From positions 1-46,063 of the forward strand of contig CAYIMR010000004.1 in the NCBI GenBank assembly GCA_964364455.1: a DNA stretch of 46,063 bases. The letters run 5' to 3'. This stretch comes from an uncultured Planctomycetales bacterium. Its GTDB lineage: Bacteria > Omnitrophota > Gorgyraeia > Zapsychrales > Zapsychraceae. Positions 1 to 8,543 of the stretch are shown here, in pieces; position 1 is the stretch's first letter, and every line of letters begins with the position of its first letter. The translations under genes were made by a program, and so were the position numbers. The notes under the pieces were generated by a model that worked only from the letters and a program-made list of their open reading frames with translations, did not search any database and was not told the origin of the DNA.

Positions 1-35
1 TAGACTATGACCACCAGATATTGTAGAAAGGGCAG

Positions 36-470
36 TCAACCGGATAAGCCTATAATTTGATTCGCTTTATTGAGGAAATCTTCCGCGGCACTCAACAACT
101 TCCGGCATCCCTCTTCGGACCAACGGTCGTAATAATCGGCATCCTCACGCAAACTCTTGGCCTTTTTCAAGGCTTCCAGAAGAGTCACGGGGAGGTGTTT
201 GGTTTCAACGTATAATGTTTGAATGGCGGCAATCAAACAAAAATGACTATGTTCGCGCAAATTCTTACAATACAAAAGAGCTCTGGCGCTGTGAAACATG
301 GAATAATAAAGCTGAACAGTGGCCCATTTATAGTCGTTATCCTTGAACGTCTTTTGGGCTCTCTCCAAATCAGCGGAAGCGGCCTGGAGTTCTTTAGCCG
401 CTAATCCCTTCCCGCGGCTGAAGGAACGGATTTTCCCTCTCTTCAAACAATCTTCATAATCAACGCTCAT
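36..470 (-). CDS. HEPN domain protein (toxin of MNT-HEPN pair)
   Basis: 144 aa with YYSMFHSARALL, HSH and R-x4-Y (REDADYY) HEPN-type motifs; overlaps upstream MNT gene. Confidence 0.85.
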   Translation of the reverse strand: MSVDYEDCLKRGKIRSFSRGKGLAAKELQAASADLERAQKTFKDNDYKWATVQLYYSMFHSARALLYCKNLREHSHFCLIAAIQTLYVETKHLPVTLLEALKKAKSLREDADYYDRWSEEGCRKLLSAAEDFLNKANQIIGLSG

Positions 471-1014
471 CGGTCTCCTCCCACAATGTAATGCCGCTGT
501 TAATTTCGTTAAAGAATTCCTTATTTTTCTCCTCCAGCTGAGCCAGCTGGGCCGATGTTTTAATCACCGGCTGAATTTTTCGTTTTGACTTAAAATCGGC
601 AACGATCTTTTCCGTTACTTCAGGATCCTTGGAAACAATTAGCACATCGAGATCACTGTCTTTGTGGTCTTCTCCTCTTGCCGCGCTGCCAAAAAAGACA
701 ATCTTGCGCGAAGATGCTTTAAGTTGAAGAACCAGTTTTTTTAGAAAAATGACTGTCTTCAGCACTTTAAACTGACGAAGGACACAATCATCGGCAATAG
801 CTGAATAAAGCACAAACCGCCCTCTTTTATGCTTTTTGATCAGCTGCTGGTAAACTAATTCATCCAGGGCACGATAAACCCCGGCCTTGCTTAAGCCGGT
901 GGCCTTTTGAATTTCTAATGCCAGAAATTCCTTGCGAGAGTCCGCTGCGAAGAATGAAAGGGCTCTCTGGGCATTGGTGAAATTCACTATGTCGCCATTA
1001 AATTTGTGTCTCAT
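460..1014 (-). CDS. wHTH + minimal nucleotidyltransferase (MNT antitoxin)
   Basis: N-terminal HTH (EIQKATGLSKAGVYRAL) and FFGSAARG...DSDLDVL nucleotidyltransferase motif. Confidence 0.85.
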   Translation of the reverse strand: MRHKFNGDIVNFTNAQRALSFFAADSRKEFLALEIQKATGLSKAGVYRALDELVYQQLIKKHKRGRFVLYSAIADDCVLRQFKVLKTVIFLKKLVLQLKASSRKIVFFGSAARGEDHKDSDLDVLIVSKDPEVTEKIVADFKSKRKIQPVIKTSAQLAQLEEKNKEFFNEINSGITLWEETDER

Positions 1015-1080
1015 AGATTATCCCTGAGTATCATAGATTAAGCTTAAGCATAGTATATGAGACAAATTGTCTTTTGGCAA
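1007..1080 (-). promoter_or_regulatory. sigma-70 promoter and putative operator of MNT-HEPN
   Basis: Minus strand TTGCCA-N17-TATACT (1080-1052); inverted repeat TGTCTCATA...TATGAGACA (1007-1015/1056-1064). Confidence 0.65.
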
Positions 1081-1095
1081 GATTTCTTTAATGAG

Positions 1096-1120
1096 CCAGG
1101 ACACTCCCGGAGTGTCCTGG
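1096..1120. repeat. REP-like palindrome copy 1
   Basis: CCAGGACACTCC-C-GGAGTGTCCTGG, 12-bp perfect stem. Confidence 0.9.
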
Positions 1121-1138
1121 GCCTTATCCTCGATCTTC

Positions 1139-2482
1139 TTAATATTTCTTTCCATACGGTCTTTTAGCTTTTAAATTAGGCTGCGGGGACGAGTTGCTTT
1201 CGCGTGATATGATGTTCATCCGTGCCACCAAACCCGCGAAGATCCACAAGTAGCCGCTTAGTTCCAGATACGTCCAGCGATCTCCAAAGATATTATTTAC
1301 CAGAAGAACAAAGATGCAGATGGCGAATCCCAAACCGAGCCCTTTGCCCAGGTCATCGTCGCCGTTCCTGTACAGTCGAAAACCTTCCTTGATAAAAATA
1401 AATATCAAGATCGCGAATATAATTATGCCGATGATCCCCTGCTCAACCAGGATCTTGACGTAGATGTTGTGCGTGTCACCTAGATCGTAACCTAACCGCG
1501 AAAAAGAGCCATAACCAATACCCACAAGGGAGTTTTCTCTAAATAGTTCCATCCCTTTCTCCCAAATTAATAACCGTCTTTCCGCGGACGCTTCCAGTTG
1601 ACCATACTCATTAGTTGTCGTTTGAAACCTTTCGATCGCCTTTTCCGGCAAAGCCACTTGCCAAAACAGGGCAACAAGCAGAAGCGGGACCAGCAGCCAT
1701 TGTTTTTTAAACGTGAAAAGAAGGAACAATCCTGCCGCCGCGCCCAAATATGCTGCCCGGGAATACATGAACATCATGCAATATGTGTTGAGGATGATAA
1801 GAAGCAATAGCAGGGTCTTCTTGACCCCTTTTTTCATAAAGAAATAAACACTTAAAAGAATAACTGTGTACTGGTTGTAAAACGCCGCGACCTCATTGGG
1901 TCCCAGAAATTGGAATGTCCCTGCGATCTTTGCGCGGGACACTAAAGATGAGAACCAGCTTACCTGTGCGCTCGTATAATATCCCATCAGCACCATCGCG
2001 CAACACATCGCCGTAAAAACCCTCCAGACCTCTTTCTTGTCCCGGACGTTATTCACCGTAATAAAGTAGAGGACGGGCAGCAGGCAAAAGTTTTTCCAGG
2101 ACTGGACGCGAGGATCCGAAATATCGAAAAAACTATCCAAACCTAAATATTGCGCCCCGATGATCAATGAGATAAAACTATACAGGATCAGAAAGACCGT
2201 GATCACATTAATAGATGTGTTCTCCAATATTTTTTTCTTTTGCCCGAGAGACGAAACGAACCCCCCCACAATGATGCTAACAATTAAAATATCCAGAAAT
2301 TGATTTCCCAGCGGATAGGCTTGCAGTTTGTCCACGACGTTACGTAGCGGCAAAAGGAAAGTTACGCAAAGCAGCGTCCAGTGGACCCTTCCGGTGACGG
2401 CCCGGAAAAACAGAACAACACCACCCACATAAAACACGATCGGGGCGATATTTTTTAAAGCCGCTATTATGCCTAAGCCCAT
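1139..2482 (-). CDS. O-antigen ligase/Wzy_C family membrane protein
   Basis: Polytopic protein with SRAAYLG, R-x-x-IW...GIGYG and THNIYVKILVEQGIIG motifs. Confidence 0.85.
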   Translation of the reverse strand: MGLGIIAALKNIAPIVFYVGGVVLFFRAVTGRVHWTLLCVTFLLPLRNVVDKLQAYPLGNQFLDILIVSIIVGGFVSSLGQKKKILENTSINVITVFLILYSFISLIIGAQYLGLDSFFDISDPRVQSWKNFCLLPVLYFITVNNVRDKKEVWRVFTAMCCAMVLMGYYTSAQVSWFSSLVSRAKIAGTFQFLGPNEVAAFYNQYTVILLSVYFFMKKGVKKTLLLLLIILNTYCMMFMYSRAAYLGAAAGLFLLFTFKKQWLLVPLLLVALFWQVALPEKAIERFQTTTNEYGQLEASAERRLLIWEKGMELFRENSLVGIGYGSFSRLGYDLGDTHNIYVKILVEQGIIGIIIFAILIFIFIKEGFRLYRNGDDDLGKGLGLGFAICIFVLLVNNIFGDRWTYLELSGYLWIFAGLVARMNIISRESNSSPQPNLKAKRPYGKKY

Positions 2483-2504
2483 GTCATCTCCTTTAATTCA
2501 GGAA

Positions 2505-3068
2505 TCAGGACACTATTTCCTCGTCCGGTTCGATTTTAATAATTTTTGCGGGAACGCCGACCGCTGTGGCACCAGCAGGAATATCTTTGGTGACAACTGC
2601 ATTTGCGCCGATTTTAACATTATTGCCAATATTAACATCTCCTAAGATTTTTGCCCCTACTCCAATATAAACATTATTGCCGATTTTCGGGAATCCACCA
2701 CGCCCCGTACCTTTTTCGCCAATGATCACACCAGTTCCAATATTTAAATTTTTACCAATTTTTGCTTGGGGATGAATTCTGATCGCACCTGTATGTCCGA
2801 TGTAAAGGCCAGGACCAATATCCGCTCCTGGCTTGATCGCCGCCCCTAGAACGACCTCGGAAAATTTCATAAGGATAAATCCCAGGAACCTTAATGCGAT
2901 CTTGATCACGGGGATCTCGATCAAAAAAAAAGCCCGACCTATCCGGTAGAGAATAGTCACCCAGATCCCCTGCTCGAAAATGTAATAAAATACATCCTTC
3001 ACGGTACTGCATTTCCATCGTTTCAGGTCATGGATCAAATATTCAAATTGTTGTAAAACTTTTTTCAT
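2505..3068 (-). CDS. serine O-acetyltransferase-like hexapeptide-repeat acetyltransferase
   Basis: IGPGLYIGH, PKIGNNVYIGVGAKILG, IGANAVVTKDIP...VGVPAK. Confidence 0.85.
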   Translation of the reverse strand: MKKVLQQFEYLIHDLKRWKCSTVKDVFYYIFEQGIWVTILYRIGRAFFLIEIPVIKIALRFLGFILMKFSEVVLGAAIKPGADIGPGLYIGHTGAIRIHPQAKIGKNLNIGTGVIIGEKGTGRGGFPKIGNNVYIGVGAKILGDVNIGNNVKIGANAVVTKDIPAGATAVGVPAKIIKIEPDEEIVS

Positions 3069-3093
3069 TGTCCCTTAGCCCCTTCCCACGTTT

Positions 3094-3532
3094 TTACGCC
3101 AAAGAATAGACGGCCTTCGTTTGCTTGGCGAATTTATCCCAACCGAATAACTTCGCGCGTTCGAACCCTTTTTCAATTAACGATCGCCCCAAACGCGTAT
3201 CGCTGCAAATCTGATCCATAGCTCTGCTAATTTCTTTGATATTCCGCGGGTCAACTAATAATGCCGCCGAAATGCCCCGCATAAAGCCCTTTGCCGATTT
3301 GTGCGCTGGCGGGTAACGAAATCCCGGTTATGATCTCAATAAACTTAAACCACAGGTATGCGACAATCCTAAGTAAGTGAGAAATAAGGGGGACCGTAAC
3401 GGTTCCGGCCCATCTTCCAAACCGATAGGCGATCAAGGCCCAAATGCCTTGCTCGAAGAAAAGATAAACATTTTGTTTGTCATCAGGAACCCTGATATAT
3501 CGTTTTATGTCCACGGTCAGATCAGGAAACAT
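3094..3532 (-). pseudogene. deletion chimera: acetyltransferase N-terminal half joined out of frame to a GT4 glycosyltransferase C-terminus
   Basis: 3251-3532 ends at IGKGLYAGHFGGIIS*; 3094-~3268 reads AALLVDPRNIKEI...ERAKLFGWDKFAKQT, a typical GT4 tail. Confidence 0.7.
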
Positions 3533-4424
3533 GCCTCACCTCCAGCTTGATAAAAGATTTACCCAGATTGATCCATGCCCAGAAAGAAAATGGATTGAAT
3601 GTAATCGATTCCCAGTACCGTTCCTTGGCGTGTTTGAATTGTTGCCGGAAGAGATGTTCGTCCCCCAGATCTCGGTAGATCTTTGCCAGGGCGAGGCGCC
3701 GCAATCGGTCATTTTTCTCTGATGGAAAAAATTTATTGACAACGTATAATCTGGCTTTAAGCATCTTTTGCTGGTTGTTGCTCATACTGTTTAAACGCAC
3801 CCGGTATAGAGCGAGAACTTGATCGATGTAAACGATCTTAAATTTGCGGGCTATCCGCAGCCAGAGTTCGCGGTCTTCACAGCCTAATCGTGTCAGATGC
3901 GGATCAAAAAGACCGACTTCATCGCAGCAGGCCTTTCGAAATAAAACCGTGGGACACGCGATATCCGCTTTCCGTAAAAATATATTTTCAAACATGGGGC
4001 CGGTTAAATATTTCAGGTCCCGTACGGGGGTGGAAAGTGTCATGCCGTTTTCATCAACGCGCGTGATGTTCGCGTGGACAAGGCCTATGCCGGGATCGGA
4101 TTCGATTGTTCTTATCCCCTGTTCCAGCCGCTCCGGGCACCAAATATCGTCGGCATCTAACAGCGCGAGATAGTCACTTTTGGCCGCTTTTATTCCCGCA
4201 TTGCGGGCTACCGCCACACCCTGATTCTCTTGGTAAATATATACTATTTTACCCGGGTTTGCCTTCTGATAGCTTTCGACAACTTTTTTGGTGTTATCTA
4301 CTGAGCCATCATTGATTACGATGATCTCGAAATCCTTGAATGTTTGGTTTAAAACGCTTTCAAGCGCTCTTTTCAGGTATGGGACGCAATTATAAGTCGG
4401 TACGAGAACGCTGATTTTAGACAT
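3522..4424 (-). CDS. glycosyltransferase family 2
   Basis: ISVLVPTYN, INDGSVD, LLDADD motifs. Confidence 0.9.
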   Translation of the reverse strand: MSKISVLVPTYNCVPYLKRALESVLNQTFKDFEIIVINDGSVDNTKKVVESYQKANPGKIVYIYQENQGVAVARNAGIKAAKSDYLALLDADDIWCPERLEQGIRTIESDPGIGLVHANITRVDENGMTLSTPVRDLKYLTGPMFENIFLRKADIACPTVLFRKACCDEVGLFDPHLTRLGCEDRELWLRIARKFKIVYIDQVLALYRVRLNSMSNNQQKMLKARLYVVNKFFPSEKNDRLRRLALAKIYRDLGDEHLFRQQFKHAKERYWESITFNPFSFWAWINLGKSFIKLEVRHVS

Positions 4425-5340
4425 TATTTCCTTTGATTTTTTTTCTGTATTGATAGGGCAAACAACACATTAGCAAATTCTTGAATATGCGCAATGATCT
4501 TTTATAACGTAAAGCGGAAATTAAATTTTGGAAAGCCAAGAAATTTTTTCCTTCATCCAGTAACCGGTAGGCAAAATCAAAATAATAATCGGCAATGCGT
4601 CTGGAAACCTGCGCGCGGTGCTGTTGGTAAAACGCCGGATTATTTTTTAGAAAAACAATGAGCGTATTGATGTCATTGCACGCGTCTAACGCATAATCCT
4701 GCCGGCTTAAGCTTTGGGCATGAACCCGCCGCCTGAAAAGCCTTTCTCTTACGACCCCAGCCTGATAATTTTTTGCAAGCCGCAGGAAAAATTCATAATC
4801 TTCCCCGACTAGAAGTTTTTCATCAAAAAGCCCAATGGCATCAATGCATTCTCTTTTAAGCACGATACCGGAGGTGATGATAAAGAAATCATTGAATAGT
4901 TCAAGCAAAATACTCCCCTCAAGGAGCTTGATTTTCCTTATATAATTTTCAATAGGCCTGTTGTTCTCGTCAACAAAAATATTATCGCAATACACAAAAC
5001 CGGTTTGCGGCCTCTGGGCAAAACAGGGCATTTGTTTGCTCAGCTTATCGGGAAGCCAAATATCATCAGCATCCAGAAACGCTATGTATCGGCCATCCGC
5101 ATGTTTGATGCCGCTATTGCGTGCGGGTGCGGGGCCTTGGTTCTGTTGATAGACGTATTGAATGCGTTGGGAATTATGGGCCTGGAGACCTTCAACCAAC
5201 TGTTTGGTGCGGTCGGTCGATCCGTCATCGACAATAATGATTTCAAAATTTTTGTACTCCTGGGCCAGAACGGAATCAATGGCTTCTTTAAGATAAGCGG
5301 CGCTATTGTACGTGGCGATGATGACAGAAACTTTACTCAT
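4417..5340 (-). CDS. glycosyltransferase family 2
   Basis: VSVIIATYN, VDDGSTD, FLDADD, GEDYEF. Confidence 0.9.
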   Translation of the reverse strand: MSKVSVIIATYNSAAYLKEAIDSVLAQEYKNFEIIIVDDGSTDRTKQLVEGLQAHNSQRIQYVYQQNQGPAPARNSGIKHADGRYIAFLDADDIWLPDKLSKQMPCFAQRPQTGFVYCDNIFVDENNRPIENYIRKIKLLEGSILLELFNDFFIITSGIVLKRECIDAIGLFDEKLLVGEDYEFFLRLAKNYQAGVVRERLFRRRVHAQSLSRQDYALDACNDINTLIVFLKNNPAFYQQHRAQVSRRIADYYFDFAYRLLDEGKNFLAFQNLISALRYKRSLRIFKNLLMCCLPYQYRKKIKGNNV

Positions 5341-5404
5341 AAAGATAATCTTGGGCTAGCTGTTATATTCTTTACATTGAAAAATAGAAATTTTTGCTAA
5401 GGTT

Positions 5405-6355
5405 TCATCCAGCTTTTTTCTTTTTGGAAGTAAGGTATAAAAGGCGGTATTCTTTTACCGCCCCTATTTTAATGAAGAACAAAATAAAATGTTTTAAAAG
5501 AGTTCCGCGGTCAAAGATGTTGAATAGCATATTGAACATCTCTTTGAACATGGCGCGAAAAAGATAGCGCGGGACCCCTCCCCAACACACTAGAGGTTTT
5601 TGGTCAAATGTGCCGGTGCGTACCCGGAAGCGGCCGATCTGCATAAACCATTCGGCTATATATTTTAGTTTTGTCCGGTCTTTGATGACGGGATGCCATA
5701 CCAGGGCATTGCCGCAATAGTAAAGCCGCTTGTTGAGTTTATTGAGCCGGTCAATGATCTCCGTATCCTCTCCTATGAACCCTTGGCCGGGCCCAATATC
5801 GACCCGAAACCCGCCGCACTCTGTTAATACGGATTTTTTAAAAGCAAAATTAGCTCCGATAAACTCCCGAAGTTGTGAACGGTTGTAAGGTATATCTCCC
5901 GTCCCAAAATCATATTGAACCACGGGACCGAACAATTGATGACCGTTATCTTTGATCCATTGAGGTGTGTCCGCATCATCTAAAGGCAGCACCCGCCCTC
6001 CAACGCCATCGCAAGAATATTTGATAAAACATTCCCGCAGGTTCACAATCCAATCAGGATCAATTCTTATATCATCATCGGTAAAGGCCAAAATTTCTCC
6101 GTTGGCGTGGGCAATCGCGTGATTCAAAGCAAAGGATTTTCCTTGCTGTGGTTCGAACAGATAAATAATCTTCCCCGGTAACCTGCCTTGAAACTCCTGA
6201 ACAACCTCTTTGGTTTGATCGTTGGAATTATTATCCACAATGATAATCTCATAGGAAAGACCGTCAATTCTTATCTGCATCAGGTCGTTTAAAACTGCCC
6301 TAAGATTCTGACAGCGATTATGGGTCGCGATAATGATGCTGATCTCTTTTGTCAC
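5405..6355 (-). CDS. glycosyltransferase family 2
   Basis: ISIIIATHN, VDNNSND, FTDDD, GEDTE. Confidence 0.9.
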   Translation of the reverse strand: MTKEISIIIATHNRCQNLRAVLNDLMQIRIDGLSYEIIIVDNNSNDQTKEVVQEFQGRLPGKIIYLFEPQQGKSFALNHAIAHANGEILAFTDDDIRIDPDWIVNLRECFIKYSCDGVGGRVLPLDDADTPQWIKDNGHQLFGPVVQYDFGTGDIPYNRSQLREFIGANFAFKKSVLTECGGFRVDIGPGQGFIGEDTEIIDRLNKLNKRLYYCGNALVWHPVIKDRTKLKYIAEWFMQIGRFRVRTGTFDQKPLVCWGGVPRYLFRAMFKEMFNMLFNIFDRGTLLKHFILFFIKIGAVKEYRLLYLTSKKKKAG

Positions 6356-6356
6356 T

Positions 6357-8543
6357 TTATTCTATATCCCGGAGCTTGAAGAGTAATGCCTTAAACACAC
6401 ATGCCATCAACAAAAAATACGGGTTAATTATTTTTTTGATTCTCGCCCAAGAGCTATCTTGCGGGGCATAGAAGAACACACCCACATTAGGGTTGCGTCC
6501 AATGGCCTTTTTAAGGTGGTATAAGCAATCAGAAAACTTCTTTTGACGGTAATAAATTCTACCGAGGGCGTATTCGTTCTGCGACAACTTGTTCGCGATC
6601 GCTTGGGAAGCAATGTCCGGATACTTTTTTAAAACCTTATAATGAAACCGCACCCACCCTTCATACATTTTAAGTTTATTCGCAGAGATATTTTCTCCAT
6701 GATTATAATGACGGGCTAAAAACTTATCTTTGACTTCATAAATTTGTGCGACACGGCCTATGCGCGTCCACATATCGAGGTCCTCTGACGTAGGCAACGC
6801 TTCATCAAACAGACCAACCTTATCAAAATATTCCCGTTTGGTCATGATGGTGGACGTTGGCAAATACCCCAGACGTTCCGCTAATTCTTGAGAATTTTTC
6901 CCGGGCGCGCGCGTTGGGCACAAGTCGACCATTTCCCCGGATTTATTGAATAATGACGTTTTGCTATAAATGAGGCCGATATGGGTGTTGTCTTTAAAAA
7001 TATTCAGCTGAACAGCCAATTTTTCCGAAATCCAGGTGTCATCAGAATCAAGAAATGCAATGTATGTTCCTTTTGATTCCCGTATACCGCGATTACGTGC
7101 TCCCGAAATCCCCTGGTTATCCTGATAAATGTAACGGATCCTGCCCATAAAAGGCATTAACACTTCTTTGGTATTATCCTCGGATCCATCATCGACAACA
7201 ATGATTTCAAAATCTTGACAAGTTTGATTCAATACGCTTTCAATCGCCCTTGGAAGAAACCGCGCATAGTTATATGTTGGAATAATAACGCTAACGCTAA
7301 CTTTAGCTCTAACGCTTGCTTCCCCATTTCCCCCATAAACATCCTTATATGGAAGGTCCATAATTTGAAACGTATCTTGAAGCCTCTCATTAATATTAAA
7401 ATTTTTACGTACAAACGCCACACCATTATTAAGGATATGTTGACGTTCTTCAGCATTTAATTTCAAAACAGTTGTGAGGCCGGCCAGAATGCCTTGCATG
7501 CTTTTTTCAACGATATAGCCGTTGACGCCGCTTTGGATGACCTCATCAGAACCTGGGCAATTGGTTGAAATACAGATCAAGCCCGTCGCCATCGCTTCCA
7601 TCAGGGCAAGACTTAAACCCTCATTATCGCTGGATAAGACATAAATGTCGCTTGTTCTCAAGCAATCAACAACGTTCTGCCGATGCCCCAAGAAATGGAT
7701 CCTGCCACGGAATTTCTTTTTGCCAGCCAATGCTTTCAATTCTTTTTCTAAGGGGCCGGCACCAATCAAAAGAAGATGCGTGGAAGGAAATTTATCGGCA
7801 ATAATATCAAAGGCGTTGATGAGACGGTCCAAACATTTTTCCTTGGCAAAACGGGCCGTTGCCACAATCACTGTGTCCGATGGGCTCATGCCCAATTCGC
7901 GCTTGAGTTTTTCATTTTTGGCGCCAGGGGAAAATCGTTGGATATCAACGCCATGATAAGCGACTTTAACACGAGATGGCGCGTATGCCCAGAGGTCGAC
8001 CAAACGGTCTTTAAGTCCCTGGCTGACAACCAAAATTTTTCTAGAAAGAATAGCCCGCAGATTATTCCAAAGCCGATGCCTAAACCACCAAAAACTTAAT
8101 CCGGGTATGAAGCCAAAATAATTTTTACGCTTTTCACCCGGCGGCACCGGGGGCCCTAAATTCTCATGCATGAACACGTTGCCACCAGAAAGCAGAAAAC
8201 CGGCAAAAACAGTAGCGAGACGAAAATCTGTAAAAGCACCCTGAATAAAAACAATGGTCGATGGCTTCAATGCTCGAATGAAATGAAACATTTCCCCAAA
8301 TGATTTCCATGCCCCCGCACGAAAATCGAACGGAAATTCAATAATTCCAATATTGACCCCCTTGGCAAGAAGCTGTTTAGAAAACAACTCCTTTCCTCCT
8401 GGTGTAACGGCCAGCGTCACACGGCATTTCGAGTAATCAATACGCTGAAACCATTCCAAGGTCAGTTTTTCCAGGCCTCCCCACGATAAAGACGACGGAC
8501 AACGGCGCAGAAAAACAATGTGCTTTTTGCTGGAATCACGCAT
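6357..8543 (-). CDS. bifunctional GT4-GT2 glycosyltransferase
   Basis: GT4 domain (SSDNEGLSLALMEAMATG) followed by GT2 (VSVIIPTYN, DDGSED, FLDSDD); start placed at ATG 8543 (MRDSSKK), overlapping the upstream stop. Confidence 0.85.
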   Translation of the reverse strand: MRDSSKKHIVFLRRCPSSLSWGGLEKLTLEWFQRIDYSKCRVTLAVTPGGKELFSKQLLAKGVNIGIIEFPFDFRAGAWKSFGEMFHFIRALKPSTIVFIQGAFTDFRLATVFAGFLLSGGNVFMHENLGPPVPPGEKRKNYFGFIPGLSFWWFRHRLWNNLRAILSRKILVVSQGLKDRLVDLWAYAPSRVKVAYHGVDIQRFSPGAKNEKLKRELGMSPSDTVIVATARFAKEKCLDRLINAFDIIADKFPSTHLLLIGAGPLEKELKALAGKKKFRGRIHFLGHRQNVVDCLRTSDIYVLSSDNEGLSLALMEAMATGLICISTNCPGSDEVIQSGVNGYIVEKSMQGILAGLTTVLKLNAEERQHILNNGVAFVRKNFNINERLQDTFQIMDLPYKDVYGGNGEASVRAKVSVSVIIPTYNYARFLPRAIESVLNQTCQDFEIIVVDDGSEDNTKEVLMPFMGRIRYIYQDNQGISGARNRGIRESKGTYIAFLDSDDTWISEKLAVQLNIFKDNTHIGLIYSKTSLFNKSGEMVDLCPTRAPGKNSQELAERLGYLPTSTIMTKREYFDKVGLFDEALPTSEDLDMWTRIGRVAQIYEVKDKFLARHYNHGENISANKLKMYEGWVRFHYKVLKKYPDIASQAIANKLSQNEYALGRIYYRQKKFSDCLYHLKKAIGRNPNVGVFFYAPQDSSWARIKKIINPYFLLMACVFKALLFKLRDIE

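Noticed and set aside
1096-1120. Palindromes as simple rho-independent terminators
   Set aside because: No U-tracts, 0-1 nt loops and a sequence-conserved core; a secondary role in mRNA stability is not excluded.
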